Assembly: GCF_006345805.1 (NCBI RefSeq)
Contig: NC_043012.1
Location: 35,402,001 to 35,466,000 of the forward strand
Length of the DNA stretch: 64,000 nucleotides
Reading direction: 5' to 3'
DNA from: Octopus sinensis
Taxonomy: Eukaryota
Part shown: positions 52,485-64,000 of the stretch, in pieces
How positions within the stretch are numbered: the stretch's first letter is position 1
Layout of the letters: each line of letters begins with the position of its first letter
The notes under the pieces: generated by a model
What the model was told of the DNA's origin: nothing
Seen by the model: only the letters and a program-made list of their open reading frames with translations
Database searches by the model: none
Position numbers and translations under genes: made by a program

Positions 52485-52591
52485 ACGATTGCATGTATTT
52501 TGTTCCTACGCAAAACCGAGAAGATTCAAAAACCTGACATTGTTATCTGTCCACGATCAGTGCTGGAAAATTGGCAATTGGAATTTGAAAG
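52485..52591 (+). CDS. CHD1L: CHD1L exon 3 (TIACILFLRKTEKIQKPDIVICPRSVLENWQLEFER): motif Ia
   Basis: Acceptor ttttttttccacag, donor AG|GTAAGA, 107 nt, phase 0 to 2. ICPRSVLENW matches SNF2 motif Ia. Confidence 0.93.
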
Positions 52592-53800
52592 GTAAGACAA
52601 TGATGTTTGAGGCTGAAGCTTATTGTCATGAGTAATGTAATGGATTTAGCGGACAAAGTTGAGCTGGTGGTCAGACAGTCAGGTCAGATGGTTTACAATG
52701 GCCAAAATTTAGGTTTGGTCTTGCTACACACTATCTTAATCAATTGTCTTCTGTCATAATCTTGAGTTGACCAAAGTTTTGCAGATGAAATTTGGTTAAA
52801 GGAAACTGTGAAGAAGCCCTTTGCAGGAATCGTTTCTCTTCTGTAGTTGTAGACTTAATCAGTTGCTCCTCGTTTAACATCAACTGACCTGTGGGCGTCT
52901 TAAGTGGACCCTACTCTGTTGGGAGCAGTCAGACTAGGTCACAAGTCTGAGAATAACTTCCTCCCACACCCCAACCCCACTAGTTTCTGAGCCCCTAACA
53001 AGGGTCATGACTATTGCTGTCAAGTAAAAACAAAAAGTAAAACCTTCTGGGGTTGGTAGGTACCAGTAATATATTGAGATCGAGGACATAAGTTATGCTA
53101 CCCATTGCACCCTTCACTTTTGTAATGCTAATTTTCTTGTCACACACTCCCAATGCTGTGGTATACCTAGTCACATACCACCCTCGCCCATCCATATTTT
53201 AAGCTGTCTTATTTGTCATTGACATCGTTAAGGTCCACTTTTAATGAATTTCTAAATTAACTCTTAGCATTCTGTTGAAAATCTTCCAAATCAGAGACTC
53301 ATTCCTGTAATGATTGAGCAGAAAATATCTAATTATGGGTTTGTCTGGTCAAATGTTTGTAGTGTCTTTACTTGTGGTCAGACTACTGTGTAAATTGACA
53401 GTATTGCAGATACAACTTAGTTTTTCTTAATGTAAATGGCTATTTCTGCTTAAAATAATATTGTGTGATTGTTAATTAATTACATAATAATCATCATCAT
53501 CGTTTAACGTCTGCTTTCCATGCTAACACAGGTTGGTTGGTTCAACTGGGGATTGGCAAGCCAAGAGGCTGCACCGGGCTCCAGTCTGATCTGGCAGTGT
53601 TTCTACAGCTGGATGCCCTTCCTAATGCCAACCACTCCATGAGTGTAGTGGGTGCTTTTTACATGCCATTGAAAATAAAAGGTGTGTGTTAGCAATTAAT
53701 TAAATTTGTGACTGAAATGGACGTACAAACAAAAAGAAATGTTTTCTTGACTTTTTGCAGCTTTTTCATTATTTACAGGTAAGCCAGGTTATTCCATCAC

Positions 53801-54005
53801 CCCTTTAGCCCTTAAATTATTCTGTCAAATGTAATCTTTATTTATTCACACCTGTATTATCTAGTAGCTTCTAGGTTTCAATGATGTAATTGTATACTTC
53901 CAGACTGGTAGTGTGGGGTAGGTGTGAGAGGCTGGATCTGGCCAGTATGAACCTAAAGCAGGAAGAATGTTAGGGCCTGATATGGCTGGTTTAAATGCTA
54001 AAGGG
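53801..54005. mobile_element. Second piggyBac-type MITE family
   Basis: CCCTTTAGC ... GCTAAAGGG|TTAA; left TSD degenerate. Confidence 0.55.
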
Positions 54006-54104
54006 TTAAATGTGGACATTTTCCATGATGGCATGGGTTGGACAGTTTGACATCAACTCAGGTACATTTTACATGGCACCTACACAAGTACTGTATACGT
54101 GGCA

Positions 54105-54195
54105 CCAGCACAGGTGTTGGGTGCATGGTACCAGCACAGGTGTTGGGTGCATGGTACCAGCACAGGTGTTGGGTGCATGGTACCAGCACAGGTGC
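54105..54195. repeat. 26-bp tandem repeat (GGTACCAGCACAGGTGTTGGGTGCAT), ~3.5 copies
   Basis: Direct reading; resembles the caccagcacaggtg module of the RTE 3' UTR. Confidence 0.85.
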
Positions 54196-54254
54196 TTCAT
54201 ATATGGCACTGGCACATGTAACATTAACAATGGAATGTTATTCTATTCTTAAAT

Positions 54255-54640
54255 AAAGCTGTGTTGTAAGTAGCTTGCTTACCAACCACATGGTTCTGGG
54301 TTCAGTCCCACTGCATGGTACCTTGGGCAAGTGTCTTCTATAGCCTCGGACCGACCGAAGCCTTGTGAGTGGATTTGGTAGATGGAAACTGAAAGAAGCC
54401 CGTCGTATATATGTATATATATGTGTGTGTGTATGTTTGTCTGTGTTTCTTCCCCTAGCATTGCTTGACAACCGATGCTGGTGTGTTTATGTCCCCTGTC
54501 ACTTAGCGGTTCGCCAAAAGAGATCGATAGAATATGTACTGGGCTTACAAAGAATAAGTCCCAGGGTCGATGTGTTCGACTAAAGGCGGTGCTCTAGCAT
54601 GGCCGCAGTCAAATGACTGAAACAAGTAAAACATTAAAAG
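54255..54640 (+). mobile_element. SINE family B
   Basis: Full head and tail. Confidence 0.85.
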
Positions 54641-55020
54641 ATAAAAGATACAGGTTTGCATGAAAGTTTTGATAACAGAAATCTCTGAAAATCAACCCTG
54701 GTCATTCAGCAACAAATACATCTTAATTTTAATAGCAAATATTACATAATATAAATAAAGGACAGAAGAATGGTTTCTTCCTTTAGATTCGAGAGTTCAC
54801 AGCTTCCTTTAAGACTGGTTGATTGGATGGTTTTAAGACTGAGGAATTGATTAAGACTGTTGGCTTGATTCATGTCATACAAGATGTTATGGGTTAATTA
54901 AGGCCTTAGAATTTTGTCATTAATTATCATTTGACTGACATTGTCTCATCCTCTTTTCTTGTCTTCTCCACTCAACACTTCATCATCATCATCATCATCA
55001 TCGCTGTCTCAACAAACCAG

Positions 55021-55150
55021 GTTTTCTCCCAATTTGAAAGTGAAATGTTTGATTGGAGAAAAGAATACACGGCAAGAGATTCTGGAGAAGATGGTTTCCA
55101 CGGCAACAGACACAGATGCCTCCCTAGATGTCCTGTTAACAACATATGAG
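55021..55150 (+). CDS. CHD1L: CHD1L exon 4 (FSPNLKVKCLIGEKNTRQEILEKMVSTATDTDASLDVLLTTYE)
   Basis: Acceptor aaaccag, donor GAG|GTAAGT, 130 nt, phase 2 to 0. Contains the DVLLTTYE motif. Confidence 0.93.
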
Positions 55151-56183
55151 GTAAGTTGGGGTGTTCTGTTCAAATTGGAGTGGGTGGGGCTTGAATATAT
55201 CCATGGCAACACAGATCACATTCAGTTTTCAGATTTATAAAGTAGTCATCGTCATCATGAACATCCACTTTTCCATGCTGGCATGGGTCAGACAGAATTT
55301 GTTGAGGCAGATTTTCCCTTTGTGTAAAAGTTTAAAAAACTGATTTGAATAGTCTCAGTATATAACTGGTACTTATTTGGGCTCAGAACACGAATAAGTA
55401 AAGCTTCATCAGCGGAATTTTGAGTTGAGATCTTTGAAGCACAAAAGCTAAATCTTCTAACTTTATTTATAAGGATTGGTATCAGGAAGGGCATCTGGCC
55501 ATGAGATACTGGTTGATCAAAGTCTAGTCCAACCCATGCCAACATGGAAGCAGCAGATGGGGGAAAGAGGTGCCAGGATCCACCCTCAGAATGGTGAAAC
55601 AACCCAACCCTAAGAACTGCACTTGCAGCTGAAGAAACTGTAAGCCTAATCCAGCTACTTGCAACAGAATTGGATTCTTTTAAAGGCACCAGAGTAACTA
55701 AAGGATCAGGGTGGTGCCATGTTGGTGATGGAGAAAAGCCAGGAAGGACCAATAATCGTTGCACCATCTGCCTTTTTTTTTTCTTTCTTTAGTTTTATTT
55801 AAGTGGGTCTCAGGATTAGTTGTGTGGTTTCAAGTTCAGTTCTACTGCATGGCACCCTGGGCAGAGCAAGTGTCTTCTACTATAGCCCCAGGCCAACTAA
55901 AGTCTTTGATGGAAATTAAAAGAAACCTGTCATATATATATATGAATTAGGAATTAGGAATATGCAGCCTTCGAAACGTGTCGAGAGTAAAGGAATTTTG
56001 TTAAAATCGTCGTTCGACTCCATTCTTTCATTTATTCATAGTTAAAAAAAACACAAATTTACACACGAGAACACGGGATTCCTGCCCTTGGCATATAGCT
56101 TCAACCGTGTTTTCTGACGTGAATTTGCTACCCAGGTATCGATTAACCGAATTATCTATACTAGGATAATTCATTCACCTTCT

Positions 56184-56225
<42 letters not shown>

Positions 56226-57225
56226 AAAGTGAGTGATCTAACAAAAGAAAAGGGCTCTCAACACATTTAGTATGAGTTACATGTATTTGAAACAATTTGA
56301 TTCGGTTCCATGCTACTTCAAGTTTCACTGGCCTCTAACGAGAGCCCATTTCCTTCAGGCTTCTGAATCACTGGAGTTGGGATCCTGCTAAGAACCTGCA
56401 AAATTCAAAGTAGCAAGGAACCAAATCAAATTGTTTTAAATAATACATATGTATGTGTGTGTGTGTGTCTCCGTGTCTTGACATCACATGATTGTTATAA
56501 ATAAATGTTATTCAGTTCCAATAACCAGTGAAAAACATGTCTGGCCATGGGGAAATATTACCTTGTTTGGGAACAGTAAGGGTTGGCAACAGGAAGGGCA
56601 TCCTGCTGTAGAAAATTTCCTTCTGGTAGAAAATCTAAAACTGTATCTGACTCTTGCAAGCATGGAAAAGTGGGTGTTAAAGCAATAATAATAATGACGG
56701 TGACCAATTCCAAGTGGAAGGAACCTGCAGAAGAGGAAGAGACCTAAGGAAACCCAAGAGGAAATGAAGATTGATCTCAGGAACCTGATCTTCATGAAGA
56801 GAATGACTTACAAATATTCTTCTGGAGAAGACCCGTCCAACCCATAGAAAAATAAATGCAAACTTATGAGGTACAATCACAGGGAGATTAAAATTATTTG
56901 ATTACAAACTACAAAGTCTTAAGTTCAATCCTAACTGTTGCTATTACTGTTGCCATTGGGTTCTCCTTCCCTGTAACATCTCTTGATGCCTTTCTCCAGG
57001 GACATCATTTATTTCTAATTAGAGTTAAGTGAGCTTTTTTTTCTACATTTTATGTTGGAATTTCATCTTAGAATGCCAAGGAGAAATACCCATCCAGGAC
57101 ATGTAATAACTTACAGATGGGATGGTCATAGCTGGAATACCTTTGATTATAGGTTAGGTCTGTCAAAGCTGATCTGGTCGGTTGCTGCTAAACAACATCT
57201 GATGGTTTCTTTCTTTCCTTTTCAG

Positions 57226-57336
57226 ATTTGTCTGCGAGACGAGCTTCTGAAAAGGATATCTTGGCATTTGATGGTTGTCGATGAAGGTCACCGACTGAAG
57301 AGCCAAGACTCTATACTCAGGTCCACTCTAGTTTCA
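57226..57336 (+). CDS. CHD1L: CHD1L exon 5 (ICLRDELLKRISWHLMVVDEGHRLKSQDSILRSTLVS): Walker B/DExH
   Basis: Acceptor ttctttccttttcag, donor TCA|GTAAGT, 111 nt, phase 0 to 0. Contains VVDEGHRLK. Confidence 0.95.
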
Positions 57337-57847
57337 GTAAGTTACTCTTCATACACACATTATACACTCCTTCACACAGCCTCTGTGTATTTGAAGGTTA
57401 CCTGTGTGTGTTGTGTATATATGTCTTTATTTGTTTTTATGTTCACTTACAATGGAAACGTTTTTACATAATTCTGATAGGTTACTCTATACTTTTGTAG
57501 AATACAGATTTCTTCATCTTAAACAAGCATATTATTGTCAGTAACTTCGAAGTTTCGGCTAGCTAAGCCATTGTCGGACTACTCAACGATAGCTTGCCGA
57601 CCAAAACTGTGAAGTCACTATCAACAACATACTTATTTAAGAATACACACACACACACAGCATATATGTTAGTATGTGTGTATACATCATCATTTAATGT
57701 CCATTTTCCATACTGGTATGTGTTGGAGAGTTTGACTGGAGCTGGAAAGGCCAGGGACCGCACCAGGCTCCAGCTGTCCATTGAGGCATTGTTTCTACAG
57801 CTGAACGCCCTTCTTAATGCTAACCATTCCACAGAGTGTACTGGATG

Positions 57848-58113
57848 CTTTTTATGTGGTACCAGTGCTTCTAACATAGTACCAACATGGGTGGCTCTTT
57901 ATGTGACCCTGGCACCAGTATCAATCCTGCTGTGGTGGACGGGTCTTTTTGAGTACAGCAAGGCACCAGCGACCTTGGTCCTTTTTATGTGGTACCAGTG
58001 CTTCTAACATAGTACCAACATGGGTGGCTCTTTATGTGACACTGGCACCAGTATCAATCCTGCTGTGGTGGACAGGTCTCTTTGAGTACAGCAAGGCACC
58101 AGATACCTCGGTC
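57848..58113. repeat. 133-bp tandem duplication inside a degenerate RTE fragment
   Basis: Copies start at 57848 and 57981. Confidence 0.85.
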
Positions 58114-59072
58114 CTTTGTCATCTCCTTCATAAGGTTCAGTGTCTTCAGATTGATCTTCAATATTTCGTCCCATGTCTTCATGGCTCTCCCTCTTCTACA
58201 AGTTCCCTCCACTTCTCTATGCTACTGTTTACTTCCATACACATGACATGACCAAACCAATGAAGTCTTCTCTCTTGCACACTTCATATAATCCATCTTA
58301 TGCCCAACTTTTCCCTCCAAGCACTAGCGCTCTCTCGCACCTGTACACTGACATTCCACATCCAGTGGAGCAGTCTAGCTTCATTTCTCTCTAGCCTTCG
58401 CATGTCTTCTGCATTCAGGACCCACATCCCATTACCATGTAGCATTGCTGTTCATATACATGCATCATAGAAGCTTCCTTTCACTCAGCAAGAGAAAGAG
58501 AGAGAGAGAGAGACCTTTGGTTGCCAACAGAGGTACAGGCATAGCCATGTGGTTAAGGAGCTTGCTTCCCAACCAAGTGTCTTGGGTTCAGTCCCACTTT
58601 GTGACACCTCGGACAAATGTCCTGTTCTATAGCCACAGGCCAGGCAAAGCCTCCAGAGTGGATTTGGAAGATAGAAAGCAAAAGAAGCCCATTACACGAG
58701 TAGGTAGGTATGTATGTATATATATACACACATACACACATGCACACACACCCAAGTTCAGTCAGGCTTCCTAATGTATGTGTTGCTTCCCCACCAGTTT
58801 ATCCCTTCCTCTCCATCCCCCACTGCCTTCATTAACATTCTCTCCAACCCTCAAGTCCACTATTGTCTGTCTCAACTCTGCAATTCCAGGATAACTGGTC
58901 AACTGCCCTGACATTCATACTGCCATCCCCTTTGGTCACCCCTAGCAGTTGGACAAGGCACACCCAGATAATCGAAAAAGAATGTAGTCATCTTTGGCTA
59001 TTTTTAGGACAAAGAATATCCTCTCATCTTTTGAGAACAACATTTTTTCTAAAATATTTAAACATCATTTAA

Positions 59073-59288
59073 CCCTTTCATTACTGTATTTCTGTTGAGG
59101 TGTTCTGTGTTTCTTTCAATTACTTTAAATATAGCAAAGAATTTAGTAAAATAATTTGTCATTCAGCTAGTGTTAGGAACATAAATTGTGACTAAGGTTT
59201 GGTGGAAGATTTTAATTCAAAACTTATGAAAACAAGACATTTATACTCAGAGCCAGAGCCGGTTTCAGCCAGGTTGGTAATGAAAGGG
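59073..59288. mobile_element. 216-bp piggyBac-type MITE with intact TTAA TSDs
   Basis: TTAA|CCCTTTCATTAC ... GTAATGAAAGGG|TTAA. Confidence 0.82.
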
Positions 59289-60325
59289 TTAACATCCATG
59301 TTCTATACTGAATGGTTTGACAGGGTCCATTACGGCCAAGGACTACATCATGCTCTAACTTTATATTTATGACTGGGTGCCCTTCCTAAATGCCAACGAT
59401 TTTTCAGTGTAGACTGAGCTCCTTTTTTGTGCCACCTTTAATAGTGAAGTCACCATGCAACCTGTAAGACTACAAACCCTGATCAATTAGGGTTGGGGTT
59501 TATGCTAGAAGCTGATGGGTTAGAGTATGAGAGAAAGGGACCAAAGGAGAGGAGCTACATGGGTGCTCACATTAGAAAAGGGAGAATGTTGGGGATCGGG
59601 GTGGAACTGGGAAGGGAAGAGATAAATGTAGTGGGGATGAGGTGTCTAGGTGGACCCTCAAGGTAGGGGATGAGTAGAAGTGGGTGGTGGGGAGCAGAGG
59701 ACTAGGAGTGTGGATGGATAAAATTGCAAGAGTGTATGAGATGAAGAATGGGTGAGATGGGGGCAGAGGGTGAATATAACAAGTGGGTAAGGGGTTGGGG
59801 GTGATTGATGATGTAGGGGAGTTAAGAGCAACAGAATAATAATGTTGAGACAGTAGAGAGGAGAAGGATGAGAGATGAAGTGTTGTTGGGTAGGTTGCTA
59901 TAGTGTGGGGGTGGGAGAGAGGCAAGCACAGGACGGTAGAGAAGAGGAGATTGTTTCAGGTGGGATGAGGGGTTGATCAATGTAAAATATGGGTGGAGAG
60001 GACAGTATTAAGAATAAAAGATGGATACCAAGTGAAATGGCTCTGAACATCAAAGGAAAGCTATAGTGAGGAGATGATGAGTGGTGAAAGGGTCTCAAAG
60101 AAGAAGTGAAGGGCCCAGTTGTGCACATATCCACACACACACACACACACACAGATCGCTTCTAGAATTTAGTTTTACTGAGGTAAGTAGGTCTTCTCAA
60201 GGACCTGTCGTTCTGATCGTTTGTACTGCATATTGCCAGCCATCTCAGCCCCTCCAATAAAACATACCATGACCGTGTAATGAAGCACTGTTTTCTTTTC
60301 TTTTTATTTTATTTTTCTCTCCTCA

Positions 60326-60366
60326 TCCTTCCCAAAGAAGAGCATAGGCTCGAAACATTAAGGACT
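60326..60366 (+). ncRNA. Decayed third copy of the hammerhead-like motif
   Basis: GA A GAGC atag GCTC GAAAC is retained; the CUG core and ACGT palindrome are mutated. Confidence 0.25.
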
Positions 60367-62000
60367 TCTTCCAGATTTCTTGCATGTCAACCCAATACTC
60401 TCTGTTTGTTGTTTTCATACTTCATCTTTGTGTGCTTTTAATTTTTGTACCATATACATACATATTCACACACACACACACACATATATTTATAATTAAA
60501 TTGCAAAGACAGCATAAAAAATATATAAATAAAAACAAAATTGTAATAAAATATTTCTGTATCTCATTTAAACAGTAAACACAGACATGCACACACACAC
60601 ACACACACACATGCACACACATACACGCACACACACACACACGCACACACACACACACAAACATAGAGACTGTTCTTCAACACGTGTATTCTTGTGAGTT
60701 GCAGCACATGTCTTTCTTGTTCTTAATAAATATCTGTGTATGTGTTTGTGTGTGTTGTGTTGAATGTGTTTGGGTGTGTGAACGGCACATCCATTTATAT
60801 TTTCTAAACAAACACCTGGTGTGCGTTCTTTGAAACTTTGGATGTTTTTATTTACCTGGTGGTGAATGTTTTGTGCTATGTTCTGAATGTAAAATGGAAC
60901 AGAGACAAGCTAGTGTTGACTTATTTAATACAGAGAGTTGTAAAAAGTTAATCAACTTGAAATAATTTGGTGGTTTGATTGATCGACAGATGATTTAGTG
61001 TTAAAAAGTTAATTAAAAATGATTATGTGGAGAAAAATAAAACTACTTCAGTCAGTTGTTTCTCAGCATGAACTGATGTATAATATATCAAATGTATTGT
61101 ATATCATTGAGGTCTCACTTTATGGCTTGATGCCTTTCCTGCGGCTAATCCATATCTATTTATTGTGTAATGGAACTTTGAAGTAAAGGATGAATGACTC
61201 GTAATATCTTAATTTTCTAGCAAGTACATCGGTATGCTTCAACATGTTTCTTTATTATGTTGACCTCCTCAGCTAAGCATAAACTTCACTGAATTTTACC
61301 ACAGTTATGATTGGTGAAAGACTCATTCAGTAAATATACTACATCGTCTAAATGATGGTGTAGAAACAATTATTTGAGGTAAAATTCTTAGAAAACTTAA
61401 AATAATTTTGGCCATTTAGTAATATAGATTTTATCACTAAATTCTTTGTTTTTTTAATAGTCCCTCTATTATTGTGTTAGCAATGATTTATCTAACACTA
61501 TCCATCTACCAAACTACATAATCATTTCTTCACTACTTCATCCCATGTTTTCCTGGGCCTCTCTCTTCCACAAATTCCATCTACTTTAAGCGATAAGCAA
61601 TTCTTTGGGCAGCTGTCCTTCATACATATGTGTCACATGGCCAGACTTGCACAGTTTTCTCTCTTACACACTAAATCTGATTCCTTTTGTGCCTAACTTT
61701 TCTCTCAATATCTCTTACATGCACACTAACATTGCACATCTAACAAAACATAAAAACTTCATTCCTCTCAAATCTTTACATGTCCTCTGCATTCTGGGCC
61801 CATGTCTCACTACCATGTAGCATTACTGTTTGTAACCATGTAGCAGAACTGTCTGTACACAAGCATCATGCAATCAGTTTTTCAGTCTAAAAGAGAGAGA
61901 CTTTTTGCTACTAACAGAGGTAATAACTCTCTGAACTTTAGAAAATTACTATTTTTAAATCGCACAAGGAGAGACATTCAGCAACAGTACTTTGGAGTAA

Positions 62001-62389
62001 AGATCGTTTGCCAACATAACATGGCAGTCCTGGTTTAGGACAAATGTTGCTGTAATTTAGCCCCAGGAGACATCGTCTCCAGCTGGTTATATGACATGAT
62101 CTGTGTCCTTATATTTTCAAACAAGGGAATCTAGCACCCCCACTCAGCTCAAAACAATATCTGTGTATCGCGATTTCCAAGTTACTCTGTGCTAATGAAA
62201 GGAAATAACCCGGAAATCACGATTCCCGGATATTGTTTTGAGCTGAGTGGGGGTGCTAGATTCCTTTGTTTGAAAATATAAGGACACAGATCATGTCATA
62301 TAACCAGCTGGAGACGATGTCTCCTGGGGCTAAATTACAGCAACATTAGTCCTAAACCAAGACTGCCATGTTATGTTGGCAAACAATCT
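62001..62389. repeat. Near-perfect 389-bp foldback (161-bp arms, 4 mismatches counted)
   Basis: 62001-62161 is the reverse complement of 62229-62389; the spacer also pairs partly. Confidence 0.95.
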
Positions 62390-62844
62390 CTGAACTTTCT
62401 CCATCCTCTTCTTATTCTAATAACTATACTTTCAGAACATTCTCCTTCACTGCTAATTAGGTCTCTTAGGGAACCTCCTGGACATTTGAGAAAATCTATT
62501 TTCTGTATGTCTTTAGCATGAATTACTCCTGTGTGTCTCCCACATCCAAAGACTGCTTCTCTCTGTTAAGCTTCCTGTGATTCCATTGTATCTCTTGTGT
62601 GTCCATAGTTTGCACTGAATATGGAACTCGGAGTTCCCAGTGCTAGCTATGGACACACGAGATATAGTGGGATCACAGGAAGGTTACTTACACACACAGA
62701 GAGATCAGTGTCCTTGTGTGTGTGGTCAGTGTTTGAAAGAATGTGGTCAGGGTCATTGGAGTCAGAAATGTTTGTAGTTGTGATGTGTGTGTGATTGTGA
62801 AATATTCGTGGCTGTTGTGAGGTGTGTTTCTTGTTGACTTTTCA

Positions 62845-63180
62845 TCAACATCGTTTAACGTCCGCTTTCTATGCTAGCACGGGTTGGACGGTTCGACTGG
62901 GGTCTGGGAAGCCAGGAGGCTGCACCAGGCCCAGTCAGATCTGGCAGTGTTTCTACAGCTGGATGCCCTTCCTCACGCCAACCACTCCATGAGTGTAGTG
63001 GGTGCTTTTTACGTGCCACCAGCACAGGTGCCAGGCGAGGCTGGCAACGGCCACGATCGGATGGTGCTTTTTATGTGCCACTGGCACGGAGGCCAGTCGA
63101 GGCGGCGCTGGCAACTGCCACGTTCGGATGGTTCTTTTACGTGCCACCGGCACAGGTATCACAACTACAATTTCCATTGA
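62845..63180 (-). mobile_element. Truncated RTE 3' end just upstream of CHD1L exon 6
   Basis: Homologous to 36185-36760. Confidence 0.8.
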
Positions 63181-63289
63181 TTTTTTATCGATTTTGATTA
63201 CTTTTTGATAACTTTTGAATATGTATTTGAAATGTATTTCATGTGGTCATGAAATGTGAGTTCAAAATGGTTGCTGTTATCTGTTCCAG

Positions 63290-63446
63290 TTGAATGTCCA
63301 TCAAAGGATCCTGTTGACAGGGACACCAGTCCAGAATAATCTCCAAGAACTATTTTCCTTGTTAAATTTTGTCTCTGAACTCATATTTCCCATGAAACTG
63401 AAGAATTATTTTGTTGAGAAATTTCAAACGCAAACCGACAAAAAAG
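63290..63446 (+). CDS. CHD1L: CHD1L exon 6 ([52 protein letters not shown]): motif III; gene continues beyond the window
   Basis: Acceptor ctgttccag, donor G|GTAAAC, 157 nt. [21 protein letters not shown] is the SNF2 motif III region. Confidence 0.95.
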
Positions 63447-64000
63447 GTAAACCCTTATCTACCTTATCTATCCATATCCATTTGTCTGTTTATCTTGCTA
63501 GCTATATTGACCCATCCATCTGCACACACACACACACACACAGTGCCAATCATTTGAAGTGGATGGAACTTGTGCAAGGGGGAGACCAGGAAGTCATGGG
63601 ACAAAATATTGAAGGCTAATCTCAGACACTGAGCCTTAGAAAAGAGATGGCTGACGACAAACATGTCCGGTGCATTGTTGTACTCAAGAAGATGTGTCCG
63701 TCATAGCAGAATTGGTACCAGTGCTGGTGCCACATTAAAAGCACCCTGTATGCTCAATAGAGTGGCTGGCATTAGGAAGGGCATCCAAATGTAGAAACAA
63801 TGCCAGAACAGATGATGGAACCTGGTGCAGCCCCTCACCTTACCGGCTTCAGTCAAACCATCCAACCCATGCCAGCTTGGAAAACAGACTTTAAATCACG
63901 ATGATGATGTGGTGATGAAGAAGCCGCCGCCACCCTGAAATCACTTAGTAGCTTCTGCCATTTAAAGAAAATCAAATACGCATATGCTCCTGTTTTCACT

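Noticed and set aside
55960-56000. CGAAACGTGTC as a Penelope-type hammerhead remnant
   Set aside because: The upstream CUGANGA and stem II are absent.

Overview
Repeat-dense animal genomic DNA, most consistent with an octopus or other coleoid cephalopod. That inference rests on the tRNA-derived SINE families, abundant RTE-clade LINE 3' ends and extreme microsatellite load. There is one 100-N assembly gap. The only confidently identified gene is CHD1L (ALC1, an SNF2-family remodeler) on the + strand: six coding exons from 29642 to 63446, phase-consistent with GT-AG boundaries, continuing past the window. The introns and upstream region hold a decayed near-full-length RTE LINE, many SINEs, Tc1/mariner- and piggyBac-type MITEs, four long intronic hairpins and two structured minisatellites. 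The most interesting leads are a hammerhead-ribozyme-like motif with an atypical core and compensatory stem changes in a dispersed repeat, a 389-bp foldback related to the RTE 5' region, a PHD-finger-like insert in the RTE ORF, a candidate 18-nt CHD1L microexon, and candidate exons of an unidentified + strand gene upstream. Repeat boundaries were read by eye and are approximate. Family assignments are from recognition, not database searches.
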